A DNA stretch of 35,332 bases, taken from positions 1-35,332 of the forward strand of contig NW_021831656.1 in the NCBI RefSeq assembly GCF_006345805.1, read 5' to 3'. The DNA is from Octopus sinensis. Lineage: Eukaryota. A program made the position numbers and the translations under genes. This document shows positions 21,480-35,143 of this stretch, one piece after another. Each line of letters begins with the position of its first letter. The stretch's first letter is position 1. Under the pieces are notes generated by a model. The model saw only the letters and a program-made list of their open reading frames with translations, was not told the DNA's origin and made no database searches.

Positions 21480-22668
21480 GGCGGCGAGCTGGCAGAAACG
21501 TTAGCACGCCGGGCGAAATGCCTAGCGGTATTTCGTCTGCCGTTACATTCTGAGTTCAAATTCCGCCGAGGTTGATTTTGTCTTTCATCCTTTCGGGGTC
21601 GATAAATTAAGTACCAGTTACGCACTGGGGTCGCTGTAATCGATTTAACCCCTCTCTCTGTCCTTGTTTGTCCCCTCTGTGTTTAGCCCCTTGTGGGTAA
21701 TAAAGAAATAGAAATAGGTATTTCGTCTGCCGTTACATTCTGAGTTCAAATTCCGCCGATGTTGATTTTACCTTTCATCCTTTCGGGGTCGATAAATTAA
21801 GTACCAGTTACGCACTGGGGTCGCTGTAATCGATTTAACCCCTCTCTCTGTCCTTGTTTGTCCCCTCTGTGTTTAGCCCCTTGTGGGTAATAAAGAAATA
21901 GAAATAGGTATTTCGTCTGCCGTTACATTCTGAGTTCAAATTCCGCCGAGGTTGATTTTGCCTTTCATCCTTTCGGGGTCGATAAATCAAGTACCAGTTA
22001 CGCACTGGGGTCGCTGTAATCGATTTAACCCCTCTCTCTGTCCTTGTTTGTCCCCTCTGTGTTTAGCCCCTTGTGGGTAATAAAGAAATAGAAATAGGTA
22101 TTTCGTCTGCCGTTACATTCTGAGTTCAAATTCCGCCGAGGTTGATTTTGCCTTTCATCCTTTCGGGGTCGATAAATCAAGTACCAGTTACGCACTGGGG
22201 TCGATGTAATCGATTTAACCCCTCTGTCTGTCCTTGTTTGTCCCCTCTGTGTTTAGCTCCTTGTGGGTAATAAAGAAATAAGAAAAGTCAGCACGCCGGG
22301 CGAAATGCTTAGCGGTATTTTGTCTGTCTTTATGTTCTAAGTTCAAATTCTGCCGAGGTCAACTTTGCCTTTCATCCTTTCGGGGTCGATAAATTATGTA
22401 CCAGTTACGCACTGGGATCGAAGTAATTGACTTAATCCCGTTGTCTGTCCTTGTTTGTCCCCTCTATGTTTAGCTCCTTGGGGCAATAAAGAAATAAGAA
22501 ACGTTAGCACGCCGGGCGAAATGCTTAGCTGTCTTTATGTTTTGAGTTCAAATTCCGTCGAAGTCAACTTTGCCTTTCATCCTTTCGGAGTCGATAAATT
22601 AAGTTGCATAATGGGTCGATCTAATCGTCCCCCTCCCCCAAAATTTCGGGCCTTGTGCCTAGAGTAGA
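21480..22668 (+). mobile_element. Tandem array of six SINE family A units (four with an exact 190-bp period)
   Basis: ggtatttcgtctgccgttacattctgag starts at 21527, 21717, 21907 and 22097; further units start at ~22281 and ~22497; full head ggcggcgagctggcagaa only at 21480. Confidence 0.95.
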
Positions 22669-22894
22669 AAATACTATAGTCATTTGATATGCTACAGACT
22701 AATGATCCTTGATAATAATCAGCACCAAACGTTATCACTGGGAGAAAATTTCCCCCCATCAAGAACATATTGCAAGTAAATAGAGGTGCCTCAACACGAG
22801 TGTTATCGCGCAAGAGGCTGTGCTATCAACTATCGCGTATTCTACACCATTTTGTTCAGTCCTTAACTGTACCTGTGAATTTAACGGATACATA

Positions 22895-23280
22895 CATGTG
22901 TGTGTGTGAGTGTGTGTGTGTGTGTCTGTGTGAGTGTGAGTGTGTGCGTGTGTGAATGTACTTATGTAAGTATGCAAGTATGTATGCATGTACATATATA
23001 TATATATATATATATAATTTGTACCTGCGCATATTTATGAATGTGTGTGTGAGTGTGTGTGAGTGTTCATGCATATATATAAATAATTAAATATACCATA
23101 TGTATGCATTTGTATATTTGTGTATAAATATTTGTACCTATATTTGTACGCGTATATTTGTATCTGTATATTTGTATCTGACAAGCAGATAGACAGACAA
23201 ACAAATGTATACATACATATATACATACATACATACATACATACATACAAACATACAAACATACATGTATACACATGTGT

Positions 23281-23311
<31 letters not shown>

Positions 23312-23312
23312 A
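22895..23312. repeat. Compound (TG)n/(TA)n/(TACA)n
   Basis: Direct observation. Confidence 0.9.
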
Positions 23313-23666
23313 ATCGATAAAAAACAAGATGGTTGTTGTATTTAAATTCACCAATTCGGTCAGAGGATTTGCTTACGATATGGAATATTTAATTATTTAA
23401 ATCTTGTTTTCTTCTATATTCATCGGAATTAGGCTTATCAGAAAATATTTTTGTCATGTTTTACCTTTAGATCCAAAAATATGGTGATGTCGATGATGTG
23501 GTTAATACCTTAAATTGAATCAAGATTTTCTAAAACAACAAGTTATTATTGTATCTGTTTATGTATTTCTGAAGTTTAAAGAAGCGAAATTCATGATTCT
23601 ATAACTCAAAGGACTGCTAGATCATGAATTTAGCTTTTGTTGTAGGTTTTGTTGTTATTGTGTAAA

Positions 23667-23950
23667 GGCGCGTGGTTTAGTGGTTAGGGTATTTACTTAA
23701 GATAGTAAGTTCGAGAGTTCGATTCTTGGCAGCATCTTCAGTCTTTGGGCAAGATATTTTTTTCATATTGCTCCAGTCCACTCAGCTGGCAAAAATGAAT
23801 TGTACCTGTAATTCAAAGGGCTAGACTTGTCGCATTCTGCCTCACACTGAATCTCCCCGAGAACTACGTTATGGGTACGCGTGTCTGTGGAATGCTCAGC
23901 CACTTACATGTTAAGTTCCCGAGTAGGCTGATCCGATCACCGGATCAAGT
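23667..23950 (+). mobile_element. SINE family C
   Basis: ggcgcgTGGTTTAGTGGttaggg (A box), gaGTTCGATTCt (B box), ttgggcaag CORE-like box; body matches the reverse complement of 17015-17336. Confidence 0.85.
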
Positions 23951-23997
23951 AGGAGAGAGCTAGAGCAAGAGAGAGAGAAAGCGATATATATATATAG

Positions 23998-24367
23998 TTT
24001 TTCTCTTTTATTTGTTTCAGGCATTTGACTGCGGCCATGCTGGAGCACCGCCTTCTTTGGAAGCCTAGTACTTATTCTATCGGTCTCTTTTGCCGAACCG
24101 CTAAGTTACAGGGACGTAAACACACCACCATTGGTTGTCAAGCGATGTTGGGGAGACAAACACAGATACACAAACATATACACACGCATACATATACGTA
24201 TATACAACGGGCTTCTTTCAGTTTCCGTCTACGAAATCCACAGACAAGGCTTTGGTCGACGCGAGACTATAGTAGAAGACACTTACCCAAGGTGCCAGGC
24301 AGTGGGAATGAACCCGGAACCATGTGGTTGGTAAGCAATCTACTTACCACAAAGCCACGCCTGCGCC
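23998..24367 (-). mobile_element. SINE family B, full length with an internal deletion
   Basis: Head ggcgcaggcgtggctttgtggtaag on minus; tail ttctcttttatttgtttcag. Confidence 0.92.
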
Positions 24368-24395
24368 TATATATATATATATATATATAAGGAGA

Positions 24396-24432
<37 letters not shown>

Positions 24433-24491
24433 GGGACGAAACGAGACATACATACATACGTGCATATAAATTAAATTATCTTACTATGTTA

Positions 24492-24691
24492 GTTTCAAAT
24501 TATTTTGGCCCAAAGCCAGCAGGTTTGGGGGAGAGGTCGATAAAATTGACCCCAGTGCACAACTTTTTATCGACTCCGAAAGATTAAGAAATAAAGTCGA
24601 CTTCGGCGGAATTCGAACACAGAACGTAAAGACGGACGAAATGGCGTTAAGCATTTTGCCAGGCGTGCTAACGATTCTGCCAGTGTGCCGC
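24492..24691 (-). mobile_element. SINE family A, full-length diverged copy
   Basis: Minus: gcggcacactggcagaatcgttagcacgcctggc..gttcgaattccgccgaagtcgac..gtcgataaaaa..cactggggtc..atttgaaac. Confidence 0.85.
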
Positions 24692-24904
24692 TTAAAATTT
24701 ATCATATTACATTATATCATATGTAACACATTATATTATATTTGTAAAAGTCCTGACGCCTATGTATACTGGCGACAGCATTGCTTCAAAGCAAGCGCAA
24801 TGGACTTGTCTCAGTGACTGGGTCGCAGTTGGCACGACGAAATTGCGAAAAATGCTTTATGATGTTTGTTTCCGCTTTTTGCGCCGAATTGTGCGCATGC
24901 GCGC

Positions 24905-25117
24905 GCGTGTGTGTGTGTGTGTTTGTCGCCCCAATATCGCTTGACAACCGATGCTGGTGTGTTTACGCCCCCGTAACTTAGCGGTTCGGCAAAAGGGACC
25001 GATAGAATAAGTACTAGGCTTACAAAGAATAAGTCCTGGGGTCGATTTGCTCCAGCATGGCCACAGTCAAATGACTGAAACAAGTAAAATAGTAAAAGAG
25101 TAAAAGAGTAAAAGAGT
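24905..25117 (+). mobile_element. SINE family B, 3' half
   Basis: gtttgtcgccccaatatcgcttgacaaccgatgctgg...gaaacaagtaaaatagtaaaagagtaaaagag. Confidence 0.88.
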
Positions 25118-26066
25118 ATATGTCAAGAAACACAATATTCTATAATTTCTTTTAAAGACTGTGTTGCATAAACTACATTTGGCTACTATTTCTAACAAAT
25201 CGGACGACCACGCTGAAGGTGGTTTCAAGGATTTATGGCTGCTAGTTTTAACAAAGCCTATCAACTCGAGAAGCAGAGGCGTCTTCGTTTTGTGCAAAGA
25301 CTTTGCTTGAAGTGTTGCATGATGGGAAATATTTCGCTTGGATTTTCGTTTATTTCACAAAGGGGTGAAAATCATTATTCATTTTCATATTAGGGTGTAA
25401 AATTAATAATTGTAACTGCTATTTCTTGCCGTAGCACGGGAACAAAGCCATACTCCATGCTAATTTTTTTTTTTTTTTTCCTCGCTGAAATAAAGTAGCG
25501 GTATTCGACATCAAAAGTGAATTTGTGGCATGTATTAGTTACTGATTCATTGATTAATCCCTTCTCTCTTTATGACAAAATTTATGATGAAAATTACCAC
25601 CGTCTATTAGGAAAGAAAAATACGAAAATATTAACAAAAATTACGAAATAAGCGAACCACTTCCAGTTTAGGAAACTTCACAATCAATTAATTTACAAGA
25701 CATTTTACTTTATGCCTGGTGATTTTCCTGCACATTTCCAAAGAAACGTTCTTGATTGGTTGAACAAGAAATTTTCTGCTTGTATGATTTCAAGAAAGCG
25801 GGAATATTGACTTGGTTAGTTTCCAAAATCACAGAATCTCGCTGCACCGGGCTATGGCTGTTTTTGTTCTGTTTTTTTTTTTTTTGTTTGGTTATTTTGT
25901 TATTGTTATTTTTTTCTCGAGGGTATTCTCTAAAAGGAAAAAGGGGATCGAAAATGATTTACAAAGTAGTCGACAAAGGTTTACAAAGGGTGCTACGAAA
26001 GAAATATGCAATGCAAAGAAAGTAAAGATCTTTGAAATATCTGCGTAAATATTTAGATATTTACAA

Positions 26067-26486
26067 GGCAGCGAGCTGGCAGAAACGTTAGCGTGACGGA
26101 TGAAATGCTTAACTGTTTTTCGTTTGCCGTTACGTTCTGAGTTCAAATTCCGCCGAGGTCGACTTTGCCTTTCATCCTTACTGGTTCGATAAATTAAGTA
26201 CCAGTTACGCACTGGCGTCGATGTAATCCACTTAATCCCTTGTTTGTCCCCTCTGTGTTTAACCCCTTGTGGGCAATAAAGAAATAAGAATCATTAACAC
26301 AACGGTCAAAATGGTTTGCTGCATTTTGTCCGTTTTTATGTTCTGAGTTCAAATTCCGCCGAGGTCGACTTTGCCTTTCCTTCTTTCGGGGCCGATAAAA
26401 TAAGTACAAGTTTGACACTGGTGTCGACGTAATTGACTTATCTCTCTCCCCTGAAATTGCTAACCTTGTGCCAAAATTTGAAATCC
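26067..26486 (+). mobile_element. SINE family A head-to-tail dimer
   Basis: Unit 1 ends taaagaaata at ~26286; unit 2 restarts agaatcattaacac and ends gtgccaaaatttgaaatc. Confidence 0.9.
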
Positions 26487-26547
26487 ATATTTAATCATTT
26501 ACGAAACTAAAAGTTCTAGGAAAAGTTAAAGACTACAAACGACTTAA

Positions 26548-26855
26548 CCCCTTACCCAACAATTATTTTGAAAATAAATGTATTTTTTCAGACATATTTT
26601 TTAATTGTTTTATTTTACTATGTTTTGAATGGTGATTTCGAGGTATATTTCAAACCTTATTTATTATGAATTTTAATTCAATAATATTGATTTTAAATTA
26701 CCGCTTTGGGCAGAAACGAGTTAACCCGTTTTTAGACGAAGGAACTCGTTTGCTGTCGATTTTGGCGAGTCTATCTTTTGACAAGTTAACTCGCCAGAGA
26801 TAGAAAAAAACGATTTCGGTCAAAACGCATATATTCGTTTCTGCCGGGTAAGGGG
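26548..26855. mobile_element. piggyBac-like MITE (308 bp)
   Basis: TTAA|CCCCTTACCC ... GGGTAAGGGG|TTAA: perfect 10-bp terminal inverted repeat, TTAA on both sides, CCC/GGG termini, no ORF. Confidence 0.72.
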
Positions 26856-26977
26856 TTAATGTCTAAACAGACATAACGGAAGAAGGCAAACACCCCATAA
26901 AACATCGTTTTATTTTTATTGTAACTTGTAAAGGTTGACATTTATATGTTCCAGGTTCTATATGTAACTGTTTAATT

Positions 26978-27970
26978 ATGCCATGTACAAAAGAAGCCAT
27001 GGAACTGTCTGAATTTAAAAAATGTAATTTTGGATCATTCTGAAGGTGGACATAGTCAGCGTAATATCGCAGAAAAATTGGTATCCAGCTTTCTAAAGTT
27101 AATAGAGTGCTTGTGCAATTCACCAGAGAGGGGAAGGAGTTTACATCTGACAGGACCCTTCTCTTTGCTAAGAGAAGTGTGAAGGATAATCCTCGTTGCA
27201 AGGCCTCTGACATAGCAGAGTAAGTTGATGTCAGTCCCAGAATAACTGTCAGGTATTTCCACAAACTTAATTACTATGGCGGAGCAGCAAAAAGGAAGCC
27301 ACTTGTTCGACCAACCAAAATCAAGCGGAGAAAAGATTGGGTCAGTGAGATGGTGGAGGGGCTACTTGCATTTTGTGGCACTGTCATATTCTCTGATGAG
27401 TTCAGATTTGCTGTATTTCTTGACAGTGGTCGAATGTGGGTCTGGTGACTCTGTGATCAAGAATTTGATGTGAAAAGATTGCAGCCAACGATGAAAAACA
27501 GCAGTTATTCAGTGATGGTCTGAGGAGCAAATTGGAGCAATTATCAATCAGAGCTGGTGGTATGTGAGAGAAACATAAAACTCAGATAAATATGTGTCCA
27601 TATTGCAGAAAGAACGCCTTCCAATCTTCTCCAGGGGTGAAATGATTAAAGGAGACTTTTTATTAATGGAAGATGGGGCTCCTTGTCACACGGCTAAAAT
27701 GACCCAAGATTTGTTGGATGAGAATGGCATTAAAAAGATTCCATGGCCAAGCCAGTCACCAGATATGATCCCTATTGAATACCTATGGAACATAATTGAC
27801 ACGACACTTCGTAAAAAGAACAAGAAGGCATCTTCAAAACCAGATATTTTGAGATCACTCATGAAACTCGGCAAGAAATTCTACAAGAGAATATTTGTCA
27901 TCTGATCAGTAACATACCAAATAGGGTGCTTGCATTGAAAAATGCAAAGGGCATGTCTACTAAATATTAA
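26978..27970 (+). pseudogene. Tc1-like (DD34E) transposase pseudogene
   Basis: MPCTKEAMELSEFKK..HSQRNIAEK (HTH)..AAKRKPLV..VIFSDEFRF..LQPTMK..SVMV*GAI..MEDGAPCHTAK..WPSQSPDMIPIEYLW..NAKGMSTKY*; frameshifts and stops; TIRs not identified. Confidence 0.92.
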
Positions 27971-28004
27971 ATATTCAGTAAATAGAAGAGAAAAACAGGA
28001 AAAG

Positions 28005-28115
28005 AGGATAGCTCTGTGGGTAAGAACCTCACTTTGCAAGCAAGTGATTTGGGGTTCAGTACCATAGTGCAGCACTTGTGGTAAGTGTCTTGTACTATAA
28101 CCCCCGACCGACCAA
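28005..28115 (+). mobile_element. SINE family B head, old and degenerate
   Basis: tagctctgtgggtaag..ggggttcagtacca..gcacttgtggtaagtgtcttgtactataacccccgaccgaccaa. Confidence 0.7.
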
Positions 28116-28239
28116 TTCCTCGTCAATAGGATGAAATGTGTATCAAAAATCCCTTTCGTAGTCCAATGACGTTTAGTCTATGAGCGAAAAAGTACCAAGA
28201 AAAAGAGTGCATTTTTGAAAAGAATAAAATGTTAATGCT

Positions 28240-28620
28240 ATTTTATCATATTTAGTCTTGGATTCAAAATGTTTGCTACCGTGCAGAATACATATTCAGC
28301 ACCATTTTCACCTGTTAATATTGAGTCTTTCAAGAAAATAGTGGCTCAAATTTTCAATATTTCTTCAATTTAACTGCTCAATATTTATGATTGCAGTTGA
28401 GTAGACTGATCTCTAAAACCCCGCCAAAGTAGAAATCCTAGGGACGAAGTCAAGCCTATTCCGTAACCAAAAAATCGACACATTTCTGCTCTCCCAATGT
28501 CTTAAAAATTGTATATTCACTATTCGAACCCTCGAGCACGCTCTAGAAGGCGCGATATCATTTGACTTATACTCCTGGGAGACGCAAAAGCTGGCGGTCT
28601 TCCAGGGTGTCAGTCAAATA
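28240..28620 (-). pseudogene. Possible decayed maT/rosa-type (DD37-41D) transposase C-terminus
   Basis: Minus translation NDIAPSR...FWLRNRLDFVP/DFYFGGVLE resembles QDxAPxH...WPPNSPDLNPLDYxxWGVLE; needs a frameshift. Confidence 0.35.
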
Positions 28621-29509
28621 TAATCGATTCCAATAACGTGTAATCGCGGCTTCCAAGGGATAAAAAAATTCTAGTATATCAAAACCTCAGTATAGGAGAA
28701 CACTGTCGTGCTTTGGAATAGGGCTCAAAAGTAATGTCTATTGCCAAAGCATTTTTCAAGAACCCAAGATAAAAAGCGTCTGCTATAAGGATGTCAAATG
28801 ACTAAGGATGAAAAATACGCCATATTGTGTAATCTATAAAATTCAATAACAGTGACCATTGGCAATTGAATTCAACAACAAAAATGTTTTGTGAGGTCTT
28901 TCATAACTCCTTACACTACAATTGAATATCTTGTCTGCTTTTTCAAAATGAAAGGTAGCTATATCATTGAATAAAATTTCCCCAAGGTAGTCTATATCAC
29001 TTGGTTGCTTTTCATAGAATACAGAGAGCGCCTTTAATGCCGGTCGCAATAAATTGTTAGCGTGGTATTGCTCACAGAGAATGGTAGCAGATGGCTGTCT
29101 TCTACTGAGACTGTTTCACTTTCCAAACCTTGGCATGTCTTCAGCTGAGTCTGGAGCTTCACATTACTAGGAAGTTTCGAGTATGTTAATATAACTACGA
29201 AGGATTCGATATTTTTTATTTATTATTTCCATGTATTTTGACACGTAACAATGCATTATATTACGGCATGTTTAGGGCAATGAATATATTTTGTTAATAA
29301 TATTTTGCTTAAATACAAATGATAATGCTTATCAAGAGATTCATTATACAGTACTACAAATAATATTAAAAGTATGGAAAAACAGAAATTCTAAAAAAAA
29401 GTCAAACTTAGAGAATTTTTTAAAAGAATAGAGAATTACAAAAGATCTCATATAGCATTCAAAATCTGAAGGGACTTCTAGATCCTTCTCTATAATGTAT
29501 GGATAAACA

Positions 29510-30978
29510 TGAATGCATACACATACACACACAAACATATATGTTTGTCTGTATGTATGTGTATACATACATACAAACATACATAGATACATGCGTACAT
29601 ATATATATACATGCATACATACATACCCATATGTATATATATACATACATAATGCATACTTATATATATATACATATATGAACGTACGTAAGTGGGGAAG
29701 ATCGCTCAGCTATTTATTCTCATCTCCTTCAATCGAACATTATTTACACAAGCATAATGCGCGTGCAAAACTGTGTTCTACCATTACATAAATTGTATGT
29801 ATGTATATATTATATATATACAAAATTATGCATACATACATGCATCTATAACGCGTGTTCATTCGCATATATGGGACTGTGAGTGCATGTGTTTAATTTG
29901 TGCAACACTTTCAGTCTTTCTATTCTAAGATGGTGGCATACACACATATCAATAACAAAACGATACCTTGTTTTGTCCTTGGTGTTCCGGTGTTGTGTGG
30001 TGTGTCTAGTATTTGTACTGCGTGTTTACACGTGTGTAATGGTGCATAGATATTGTAGCAGGGACCCCATATATATGTATACACGTGGGTACATTAATAT
30101 GTGTGTGTGTGTCTGTCTGTCTGTCTCAGCGCGCGAGCATGTGTGTGCGCACGCGAATGCGTGTGTGTATGCGCGGGTGCGTACGTATGTGTCTGTGTCT
30201 GTGTATGCATTCGCAGATGCACACAAACACGCATACACATATATATGTATACGTACCGTACACGTATTTCCGTACATATATATATATATATATAAGCTTA
30301 TCCACACACAAAAAATATCAGACAAAAGTGTGTATGTATGTATGTATGTATGTATGTATGTTTGTATGTATGTATGTATGTTGTATGTATGTATGTATGT
30401 ATGTATGTATGTATGTTTGTATGTATGTATGTTTGTATGTATGTATGTATGTATGTATGTATGTATGTACGTATGTACGTATGTATGTATGTATGTATGT
30501 TTGTATGTATGTATGTATGTATGTATGTATGTATGTATGTATGTATGTATGTATGTATACATCTCTGTATGTATTGTAAAGTTTACTGCTTCTCGTAAGC
30601 TTTACTATAAATATAGGCTTATCACATCTATACGCATGAGCACACAAGGCCTGCATAAATACGACTGCATGTATATATATATACACCAAATGTAGCATCT
30701 ATTCCCAAACATAGGATATATAAAAATATCCTCGCAAGAGTATATCATTCTTCTTCTCTCATTCTCTCTTTCTCTCTCTCTTTTTCTTTATATATGTATA
30801 TACATACATACATACATACATATATATATATATAATATGTGTGTGTGTATGTGTGTGTGTGTGCGTTTGTGTGTGTGTGTGTATACACATACATATATAT
30901 ATATATATACATATATACATATATACATATATGTATATGTACACATATATATATGTATATACATACATACATACATAC

Positions 30979-31009
<31 letters not shown>

Positions 31010-31017
31010 TGTATGTA

Positions 31018-31051
<34 letters not shown>

Positions 31052-31716
31052 CATACATGCGTGTGTATGAGTGTCGGCATATGTATATATATACATATGT
31101 ATGCATTTATATGTACATATATATATATATATATATGTGTGTGTATATTAGTGAAAGTATGTGTGTGTGTGTATATGCTTGTGTGCACACGCACAAAGTT
31201 TTGCTTTTGCACGCGCCTGCATCAGTGTCTGTGTGTGTGCATGTATGTATACGTACGTGTGTCTGTATGTGTTTACGTATGTATACATGCGCGTGTATCC
31301 GTATTACGCATATATACCAAAAGAACTCGAACGAGAAGAATCGGGGAGTCAGGTAGAGTTTGTTGGAACAGTTAAAGAAATGATTGAAAAGATGTAACTG
31401 GAAAGAAATACAGAGGTTACCAATTCCAAACGAGTTATGGGAATTTTTTTTTTCGCTTGTTTCCTTATTTGTCTTCTGTGTTCTTGTGTTTTTCTCGTGC
31501 ATATATATCTGATGTGTGTGCTTAAGAGTACGTATTTACATATTTATGCGTGTGTGTACGCCTATATATGTAAGTATTTGAGAATCTTCTTCCTGCTTGT
31601 ATTTTTCGTGTGTATTTGTATGTATGTGTGTAGCTTGTGTGTATGTGTGTCTTCTCTACTCTAATGGTTTTCTTGTTTACACTTACCACGCACCCACATA
31701 CATACACTATATATAT

Positions 31717-31755
<39 letters not shown>

Positions 31756-31764
31756 TATAATAAT

Positions 31765-31808
<44 letters not shown>

Positions 31809-32180
31809 TATTACATATATATGAGTGTATATGTTTATGTATCTATCTATGTATTTCTGTGTTTGTGAGTTGTGTTTTCCTTGTGTATAAATATATGTGG
31901 TATGATGTGTTGTGTATACGCACACATATATCCATATATATATATATATATATATTATATGTATATTATTATGTATATAGATATAATATATGTATGTATA
32001 TGTATATATATATATATATGTGTATGTATGTATATTTGTATATATCTATGTTTGTGAGTGTGTGTATGTATGTATATATGTATGTATGTATCTATGTGTA
32101 TGAGTACGTGTATGTATGTATCTATGTATGTGTATGGATATATGTATGTATCTATTGTACGTACGTGTTTGTGTATGTGT
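29510..32180. repeat. Very large compound (TA)/(TG)/(TATG)n region with short unique spacers
   Basis: Direct observation; purest (TATG)n at ~30330-30558. Confidence 0.92.
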
Positions 32181-32464
32181 GTTCTGTTTTCGTTTGTTTG
32201 TGCATCAAGCTGCAATAATCTTTATACGGAACGTTATTTTTTCGTCTCCATATTGTAAAGATTTGAATGTTTGTGTACTCTATAACTCCCAGATGGTCGT
32301 TGGTTGTTTCTTTATGCAAAGAAACTTGATTCCATATTTCAACTATCCAATGTTAGGTTTGAACCCGTGGAGACAGCAGAGGTGAGGCGGGCATTCAATA
32401 GAATGAAATATTAAAAGAATACGAGAAATTGATACAGAGAGAACGGTAGGGTTAGAGTAGAGTT

Positions 32465-33565
<1,101 letters not shown>

Positions 33566-33808
33566 TTTATGCACGTAAAACGATATTGTGAGGGCGATGC
33601 GATGTGGTACGGTTGGAAGGAAGGATTTTAGCTCTTCGTTGATATTTCGTTATGGGAATTAATACAAGTTTTTTAAAAAGAAGAAGCGAGCGTGAAACGA
33701 TAGAAAAATCCTGTGGTAAGCGGCAAAATAACTGTTGGTTGACACGAGGGAGAGAGAGACACATACACACACAATGCCAGAGGGCAGAGAGACAGAAAGA
33801 CTGATGTA

Positions 33809-33848
<40 letters not shown>

Positions 33849-34121
33849 GGAGAAATCGAGGACAGGTGTGAATTAGACGAATGTTGTTCTTATCTAAATA
33901 GATGGATTATTGTCAGAGTTATATAAAGGGGTTATTTTTTCCCTCCTTTCGCACTATTAACTCCATCTCTTGTGTCACTCTATTTTCTATACCTATTTTC
34001 AATATTGGCATCGTATGATCCTCTTCAGGAATACTATGCTATGTATACATATATACACAAACGTGTGTACTGGGAGTGATGGATTGAAAACAGCGTTATG
34101 GTCTAGTTTTTTTCTTCACTT

Positions 34122-34165
<44 letters not shown>

Positions 34166-35143
34166 TTTGTTTCGTTTTGGGATTTCCTTTGCAAGATTCT
34201 TTATATGAGTTCGTGTATTGAAGCATATTCTGTTGTGTCAGGGGAGAGTCATTTTCTTTTTGCGCCTTATAATTTAACACACTCACCGGTAAAATTTCCA
34301 CTTATTTCTTATTTATATTTTCCTGTTTTTATTTGTTGTTTTTTCTTTGCTGTTTGTTACGAATGAATCGGCAGAGTTCCTGACAAATCCATCCTCAATG
34401 CTTCTAGCCTTATGCGTTCGAATCATCTGGATCAAGTGATCTTAGCGTAGGCATGAGACGTTTAGACACAGACGTTTTGGCGCCGCCTATATTGTGCCGC
34501 TGAGTCGACGCTGACTTATTTGACATCAGACACGTTATTGTTTCTCTCATTTTAATGCTTTACTCCCCCACTCTATATATCTATCTCTTTTGTTCCTTTC
34601 TTTCTCTCTCTCTCTCTCTCTCTTTCACTCTCTCTTTTTCTCACACTCTCTTTATTCATGCGGGTGAGCCCGTTAGCATTTATGTGCTTAGGAAGAAGGA
34701 AAATGTTTAAATCTATCGTGTTCAGTTAATAAATTATGATATAATCCTCCCTCTACTCTTTTTCCCTCTGTCTCTCTCTCTTTTCTCTTTCTCTCTCCCT
34801 CTATCTCTCTCTCTCTATCTGTCTATCTATGTTTATATGTGTGAGCATCTGTCTTTTTATGTGTATGTGGAGATGAAACGTGTTTATCATGTCTCCCTCT
34901 CCCTCCCCCTTCTCCTCCCCGTTTTCTCCTCTCTCTCTTTCTCCTCTCCCACTCTCTCCTGCTCTCACTCTTTCTCTCCCCCCTCTCTCTCTCTTTGTTT
35001 CATACTCCCTCTCTTTTTATATATATACTTGTATATCTTTCTGTCTCTGTTTACGCGTGTGAGTATATTTCTCTTTATGCGTATGAGAAGAGGGAAAGTG
35101 TTTATGTCAATCGTGTTCAATAAATAAATTATCATATCATATA

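Noticed and set aside
21527-22280. CRISPR-like or other repeat-spacer array
   Set aside because: Units are contiguous 190-bp SINE copies with no unique spacers, in eukaryotic context with no cas genes
29883-32258. Many MYVC/HTYI-repeat ORFs of up to 270 aa
   Set aside because: Translations of (TATG)n/(TG)n/(TA)n repeats
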